Assembly (NCBI GenBank): GCA_965203905.1
Contig: CBDBDQ010000005.1
Location: forward strand, 7,584,001 to 7,648,000
Origin: Spirochaetia bacterium
GTDB taxonomy: Bacteria > Spirochaetota > Spirochaetia > SZUA-6 > Bin103
Direction: 5' to 3'
Length of the DNA: 64,000 nt
Shown here one piece after another: positions 58,131 through 64,000 of the stretch. The stretch's first letter is position 1; each line of letters starts with the position of its first letter. Both the position numbers and the translations under genes were made by a program. The notes beneath the pieces were generated by a model. It had not been told where the DNA came from. It ran no database searches and saw nothing but the letters and a program-made list of their open reading frames with translations.

Positions 58131-59180
58131 ACGTAACTCCGTATCTTGATTATTTTGAGTATTGCGAAGCGGATGACCGCTACCTGGCTACTCTGGCGCC
58201 CGCAACGCAGGCGGCCAGTCAGAGTCGAATGTGTAACGCGCGCGGCGTGTGACTCAGCGGGTTCACGCTGCGCGCGTGTGCGGTTCTTTGAGTATCATTA
58301 TGCACTCCCATTTCTGCAGATCTCGGCAGTTGACGCACAGTGGGGCCCTGTCATGGGTGCTTGCCGTGTTGTGGGCCCATTACAGGCACCGTCCGCTCGG
58401 CGGACGTCGGCACCTGCTTCACAACGCCACACTGGGTGGTGGTCCGCGAAGCAGCGTGTCTGAATGGCAGGCAACGCCGGGGATGTGGCCGGCACGGATC
58501 CGGGCGGTTGCGGTGGCCAGTGAACGAACGTGGGCTGAGCCGGCGCCACACGGAGCCGACCGCTACCCACGTGCTGACGGCAACGGCGCCCGCCACGGCG
58601 CGTACGCGGCGACCAGCCGGAGCGGTTAGGTGTTTCTCGGTTCGAAGCCCCGGCGGGGGGGACGTATCACCGGCCGCTTTGAAGCGATCCAGTGGCAGCC
58701 TCAGGGCACTGTCGTGACGCGTCGTCCGCATCCGTTCGAATCCCCGAACCACAACGTCGCACGTCGCGACATGGTTGTCAATCGCGCCGACAGCAGCAAC
58801 ACAGCAGCACAGCGTCGGGCAGGGCCAAGCGGAAGCAGGCCCACCCGATGAACGAGAGGGCCGCCTGTTGTCTGCTGAATTGAGATAGAGTAGCAGTAGC
58901 CAAGGATTACGCACCGGCGCCGGCCCCGTGATCGGGCGTCGCGGGGCCGGCCATCCGGGGTGCAGACAACCACCAACACCGACGAGGAGTATCCTCATGG
59001 GACTGAAGCAGTCCCGAAGGGGCTGGGGCGACGGATGTCGCTGGGCGGCTTCCGGGGCACGAAGCTCGCGTTGTTCTCCGAAGGGACGATTTACGATGTG
59101 TTCGGCAAGTTCTGGCAGACCGGCACCCTGGACAATTTCGACGCCCTGCCCGAGGAAGCGTTCCTGAAACGATCCCTGCA

Positions 59181-60270
59181 ATGAGCCGGCCGAATGTCCT
59201 CATCGTGCTCTGCGACCAGTTGCGTTTCGATGTGTTCGGTCACCGCGGGAACCGAGTGGTCGCAACCCCCAACATCGATCGCCTGGCGGCGCAAGGGGTT
59301 ACCTTCTCCCAGGCAACCTGCAGCAGTCCTCTTTGCGGACCGTCGCGGGCCGCTCTCCTTACCGGGACCCTCGGCAGCACCGGGAACTACACCTCTCGCA
59401 ATTGCGAGCCCGACAGCCGTGGGCCGTGGTTGCAGGAGCTGACTACCGCGGACGAGGCACTCGCAGATCGCGGATACCAGGTGCACTACCACGGCAAGTG
59501 GCACACCGGCCGGGAACACCGGGAATGTTATCGGGGAAACGACGATGTTTTCGGCCATGACCTGACCGAGTACCGGGAAGCGCTCAAGTCCGAGGGCCTC
59601 CTCCCGCACCGCGGGCCGGGCATGAAGACCGACCGGTACACCGGGGTCCCGTAAGGGCAATCCGTCCATACCGGAGCACATACCTGCAGATCAAAACGGC
59701 GTCGGCCAATTTGTGGCGCTCTACTACGCGCTGGTAAGCGAGGTGGACCACTGGATCGGGAGGCTGTTGGATACCCTCGACCGCACCGGGCTTGCGTCGA
59801 ACACGCTGCTCGTGTTCACCGCCGACCACGGCGAGCTGATGGGCGAGCACCGGACATTCTCGAAGTGCATGTTCTACGAGGGGTGCCTGCGGGTTCCCCT
59901 GCTCATGCGCCTGCCGGACGTGATCCCCGAAGGGATCGTCGCAGATGGCCCGGCCAGCGGAGTCGATCTGGCACCGACCATTCTCGATTTTGCGGGGGTA
60001 CCGCCCCTGGACCAGTTCCAGGGCCGGACGCTGCGTCCGGCGGCCAGCGGTGACCCTACCGACCGCGTCTATGCCGTGGCGGAACTGGACGAGGATCGGT
60101 GCGTACGCTCGAGGCACTGGAAATACTTCACGGTGGGTATGCGCGGCGCGCGCGACGAATACCTTTTCGACCTGCAGGCCGATCCCGGCGAAACGGTCAA
60201 TCTGGCGAGCTCCGGCGAGTCGGCCCCGGCAGTGCTGTCCCGGCTCCGCGAAATCGCGGCGGCGCGGTGA
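59181..60270 (+). pseudogene. Sulfatase disrupted by a stop at 59652 and an internal deletion or frameshift
   Basis: RPNVLIVLCDQ..CGPSRAALLTG..GKWH; second part YYALVSEVD..TADHGE..LFDLQADPGE. Confidence 0.8.
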
Positions 60271-60285
60271 CCGCGCGGGCGGCCC

Positions 60286-61036
60286 CTACTGGTAGGGATC
60301 GGCGGCGTCGCGGAGCCCGTCGCCCAGGGAGTTGAAGCACAGCACCGCGCCCACCACGAACAGGGCGGGTATCAACAGCCACCAGTTCTGAGCCACCGTG
60401 CGTACGTTGGATGCCTGCTGCAGAGCGACGCCCCAGCTCACCACGGGGGGCCGCAAGCCGACGTTGAGAAAGCTGAGCGCGGTCTCCGCGAGAATCATCC
60501 GCGGCACGGCCAGCGTGAAGTGCACGATCAGGTAGCCGATGAAGTTGGGCAGCAGGTGGCGCACGATGATGCGCGCCGCGGTCGACCCGCTCACCGACGC
60601 CGCCATCACGTAGTCTTCCTCGCGCAGCTCCAGGACCTTGCCCCTGACCACCCGCGCCAGCTCGGTCCATCCCAGGATGGAAAGAATCACCGTGATCATG
60701 AAGTAAGTGCGGATCGCCGGCCAGTCAATGGGGATCGCAGCGGCAAGCGCCATCCACAGCGGGATGGTCGGCAGCGATATGAGAAACTCGATGAGTCGCT
60801 GGATAGCCGTGTCTATGCCGCCGCCGAACAATCCCGACACGCCGCCGAGGAAGCAGCCGAAGATAAAGCTGAGCACCACCCCCAGGAACCCGACCGAGAG
60901 CGATATGCGCGCACCGTACATGATGCGGGAGAACACGTCTCGCCCGAGTTGATCGGTCCCGAACAGGAATACGGTGCCGGGCTCGTCGACCCCGAACAGG
61001 TGCAGGTCGGTCCGAAACAGGCCGATGAAATCATAC
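60286..61036 (-). pseudogene. OppC-like permease interrupted at its 5' end by the IS
   Basis: FGTDQLGRDVFSR..GDGLRDAADPY; homology begins exactly at the IS terminal repeat. Confidence 0.85.
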
Positions 61037-61236
61037 GGGTGCGGCTCTTTTGCGACGACGCGGGGGAGGGCATAGGCGTGGTGGGGAGAGCATGTACTAC
61101 TCATGGCTACGGCGGGGATTCCGCGTTGCGATGGGGGCTGCGGACGGCAAGTTAAGTCAGGAGCGTGACGGACGCAGATGAGCCGGTACGCAGGCGGCGG
61201 CTGGCGGGCGCGGGTGAGCGCTGGAAAGCTGGGGCG

Positions 61237-62850
61237 CTACCGGACGAGTCTCAGGTGCGGCACGGGGTTCGGGTGTTCCAGCGACGGCACGTTGCCTTCA
61301 GCGTAACGTTGGCGGTGGGTACGCTCCCACTCCTGCTGCTCGTGGAACGTCCAGTAGGCGTCGAAATCGCCGCTGCTGCGCAGCGCCCTGAGGCGCAGTA
61401 CCGCTTCGGCCGAGCGTAGTCGCCAGCGCGCACCGGTAATGCCAAGGCGGTCGTTGACCAAGTGCCGGCAGGCGCCTTCGACGACGCCCGAGCCAATCGG
61501 CAGCCCAGCGGCCAGGTAGCGGTCGTAGGCCAGGTAGCCCTGGTACTTCAGCAGGTAGTTGGCGCACTGGTCGATCGGTCGCCGCTGCCGCTTCGTCAGG
61601 CGGCGCCTGGTGGCGCTCCGGCGCATGCCGGCAGCCACCGAGCGGGCGCGGCCTTCCAGGATACGTCCCAGGCGCTGCAAGACCCACTGCTCCAACCGTT
61701 GGCTGCCTTCGGCCTCCAGGGCGTGGCCGGCTTTCCACAGGTATTCGAGCACGTGAAAGATGTCCAGCACGATGGTCACCTGCACCCCGTGGTGCGCGGC
61801 CAGCTCTGCCAGGAGGTCCAACTGCGTCCGGTTGCCGTCGACCACCGCGACCCAGGTCTGCTGCTGCTGCGGATCGCGCTCGCGCGCTTCTCGGAACGCC
61901 TCCTGCAACATCTGCCGAGGTTCCTGCTTCAGACTCGCCCACACGCGCTTGTGCTGCGGTCGCGGTCGCGGCGGCGAGCGTTGCTGCTCGGCGTCCTCAG
62001 CGCGCGCCAGCAGCGCCAGCATCTGCTGCGGCGTGCGCACGTGGGCGGCCACCGAGTAGACGACCGCCACCGTGGCCATGCGCTTGCGGTTGCGTTTCTC
62101 GCCCTTGCTCAGGCGCGTGGCCAGCTTGCCACGCGCCGTGCGCTCGCTGGCCGCGCGCGTGGCAGGTCGCAGGTCCTGCTGGTGCATGACCACGCCCTTG
62201 GCGTCGCTGGTGATCACCAGCAGGGCATCCTCAGTCGCCTGCGGCTCGACCGCTCCGTGGTCGGCGACCGTCTGCTCCGCAGACGCTTGCTGGCGCCGCT
62301 GCTGGTAGAAGGCGTCGAAGTCCTGCGCCGCCCGACTGACCAGTTCTTCCACCTGCCGCTTGCCGATCTTGGCACCGGTGCAGCGATTGAGCGTCTCCAC
62401 CGTCTCGTCAAACGAGTTCTTCGCTGCTTCCAGCGCTACTCGCCGCCGCACCTCCAGCGAGTAGCGCTCGGCGGGAAGGTTCAACTGCGCATCCAGCGGA
62501 TGCAGGCTCGCTTGCCCCTCCGCCCCGTAGCCGGTGCGCGCTACCTGGACGGTGCCGAAGATCGTCTCCAACTGGCGCTGCTGGGTCCGCTGGCGCGTGC
62601 GCGGCTGGCCTTGCGCATCCACCACCTCTGCGCTGACCTGCGCCTCGGCCTGCTGGTCAAGACAGTTCTGGTAGAGTTGCCGTAACAGTTCCTGACCTTC
62701 GCTGGTCAGCAGTCGCTCCAGGTCACTGTGCTTCATCTGTCGCGTCTCTACGTCGTTGGCTATTCGCAGCAGGTGCTCGAACCGCGCCCGCGTGGCAGCG
62801 AAGGGGTCGGCGGCCGGCTCACTCGCCCACGCCTGAGGAGCGCCCATCAC
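61237..62850 (-). CDS. ISKra4-family DDE transposase
   Basis: LETIFG, PLDAQLNLP, TSDAKGV, VVDGN, LDIFHVLEYLW, PIGSGVVEGACRHLV. Confidence 0.9.
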   Translation of the reverse strand: MMGAPQAWASEPAADPFAATRARFEHLLRIANDVETRQMKHSDLERLLTSEGQELLRQLYQNCLDQQAEAQVSAEVVDAQGQPRTRQRTQQRQLETIFGTVQVARTGYGAEGQASLHPLDAQLNLPAERYSLEVRRRVALEAAKNSFDETVETLNRCTGAKIGKRQVEELVSRAAQDFDAFYQQRRQQASAEQTVADHGAVEPQATEDALLVITSDAKGVVMHQQDLRPATRAASERTARGKLATRLSKGEKRNRKRMATVAVVYSVAAHVRTPQQMLALLARAEDAEQQRSPPRPRPQHKRVWASLKQEPRQMLQEAFREARERDPQQQQTWVAVVDGNRTQLDLLAELAAHHGVQVTIVLDIFHVLEYLWKAGHALEAEGSQRLEQWVLQRLGRILEGRARSVAAGMRRSATRRRLTKRQRRPIDQCANYLLKYQGYLAYDRYLAAGLPIGSGVVEGACRHLVNDRLGITGARWRLRSAEAVLRLRALRSSGDFDAYWTFHEQQEWERTHRQRYAEGNVPSLEHPNPVPHLRLVR

Positions 62851-63750
62851 TCAGCCCTGCGCCAGCCGGCGTTGCGCGTCGGCCACCAGAGGATACACCA
62901 GAACCCGCTTCGGCGCTTGCCCATGACGGGTATGGGCGCGGTCCATGCGTCCCCGACCTGCCGTGGCGCCCAACTCGATCCAGTTGGCAGCCCGGTAGCA
63001 GGTGCCGGCAAAGCGACCGCTATCCACCAGCGTCTCCAGCAGCAGCGGCTCGACCGCGAACCGCTGCTGCCAATCGGCAGCCAGCCGCCCGGCCAGCAGC
63101 GCCAGCAGGCGGCTGGCCAAGTTCTTCACCCGGACCCACGGCAGCACCAGGAAGCGACTGTTGTTGACCACCCGTTGCAGATTGCGTGTCCGAGTCGGTT
63201 CGTCCCAGCCGATCCAGCGCTCGCGCGCCGCCAGCCGCCACGCCGGCGAGGACAGTTGCAACGCCGCCACCAGCGTCGTGGTGGGCTCGCTGACGAACGC
63301 CAGGTAGCGCAGTTGGGCACCGAACGGCACCCGGTAGCCCAGGTAGTGATAGCGGCCCACCAGCTCCCGCCACCAGCGCTGCTCGCCGGCGGTCGTGACC
63401 GGCTCCAGGTGTACGCTGCCGAACTGCCCGACGGTGCCGCATACTGGCCGTCCCGGCTCGCCAGCCGGCGTGCACGGCACCTCGGTGTGCGAGCCCAGCG
63501 GGCGCCCGGTGCTGCGCTTCGGCGGCAGGCGCAGGCGACCGCTGCGCTGCAGCATTGCAAACAGATCACGACATTCGCGGACCTTCAGCGCACCGTTCGG
63601 GCGCTGCCAGCGCAGCCGCCGACACACCTGCACCATCAACTGCGTACGACTGAGGCGGCCACCGGCGGCAACGATCTGGCAGACGATCCGCAGTTCAGCC
63701 TCACTGAACGTTCTGCCGGCGCTGCGCACGCCCTCGCTGTTGGCATTCAT
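62851..63750 (-). CDS. DUF4338 (Druantia DruA-like) protein
   Basis: RYHYLG..GAQLRY, RERWIGW, VVNNSRFLVLPW..NLAS, LLETLVD..GTCYRAANW..G.T.GRGR. Confidence 0.88.
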   Translation of the reverse strand: MNANSEGVRSAGRTFSEAELRIVCQIVAAGGRLSRTQLMVQVCRRLRWQRPNGALKVRECRDLFAMLQRSGRLRLPPKRSTGRPLGSHTEVPCTPAGEPGRPVCGTVGQFGSVHLEPVTTAGEQRWWRELVGRYHYLGYRVPFGAQLRYLAFVSEPTTTLVAALQLSSPAWRLAARERWIGWDEPTRTRNLQRVVNNSRFLVLPWVRVKNLASRLLALLAGRLAADWQQRFAVEPLLLETLVDSGRFAGTCYRAANWIELGATAGRGRMDRAHTRHGQAPKRVLVYPLVADAQRRLAQG

Positions 63751-64000
63751 CGGCACCCTCCGCTGACGACGGAGCCACCGTACCGAGTCGTGGGGCCCTT
63801 GCTATGCCCGCCAGCACGATACGTGGCTACGTGGCAGCCTATGGCCCGTTCCCCAAGCGTATGCCGCTGAACCAGCGCCGGGCGTCCGACAGAACCCCCA
63901 ATTAACGCATCAAACTGAAGATAGAGGTCGTCCTAAAAGAGCCGCACCCAAGTAATACAGGGGAGCGGTTCGGAACAACCACGGCAGCCGGGGTCGTCGT

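Larger units (their letters stand above)
61037..63949 (-). mobile_element. ISKra4-family insertion sequence (2913 bp) with DUF4338 passenger gene
   Basis: Terminal IRs GGGTGCGGCTCTTTTGCGACGAC and GGGTGCGGCTCTTTTAGGACGAC (21/23); flanks AAATCATAC and AAGTAATAC (7/9). Confidence 0.88.

Noticed and set aside
62851-63750. A complete Druantia defence system
   Set aside because: No DruE helicase or other dru genes; the DUF4338 gene lies inside IS ends
1-64000. CRISPR array, cas genes, tRNA, rRNA, reverse transcriptase, integron integrase
   Set aside because: No regularly spaced repeats, cloverleaf, rRNA-like tract or diagnostic motifs seen by eye; a formal scan was not possible

Overview
High-GC bacterial DNA with no rRNA, tRNA or CRISPR array that I can recognise. 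The backbone is a nutrient-uptake and catabolism region: three family-5 (Opp/Dpp-type) and two carbohydrate ABC transporter loci with duplicated substrate-binding proteins, three sulfatases (two disrupted), a sialidase-like Asp-box propeller, two desaturase-family proteins, several PhyH dioxygenases, Gfo/Idh/MocA, SDR, AKR and LLM oxidoreductases, an enolase-superfamily enzyme and an alpha-methylserine-type SHMT. Between these genes lies a dense layer of toxin-antitoxin and defence modules and their remnants: two MNT-HEPN pairs, an unknown+HEPN pair, three antitoxins whose toxins appear deleted, AbiEii stubs, three Uma2 genes, a mini GIY-YIG-like+SIR2-like pair and DUF1016. A complete ISKra4-family element carrying a DUF4338 (DruA-like) gene sits at the right end. 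The best candidate for an undescribed system is a low-GC, coupled three-gene cassette (FN3-like, unknown, ART-like toxin candidate) at 45.46-46.80 kb, bracketed by exact 43-bp direct repeats. The SBP signal-peptide style, the PhyH, sulfatase and TA expansion and the autotransporter-like remnant resemble sponge-associated Spirochaetota genomes, but this host assignment is inference only. All family calls rest on motifs recognised by eye, with no database searches.
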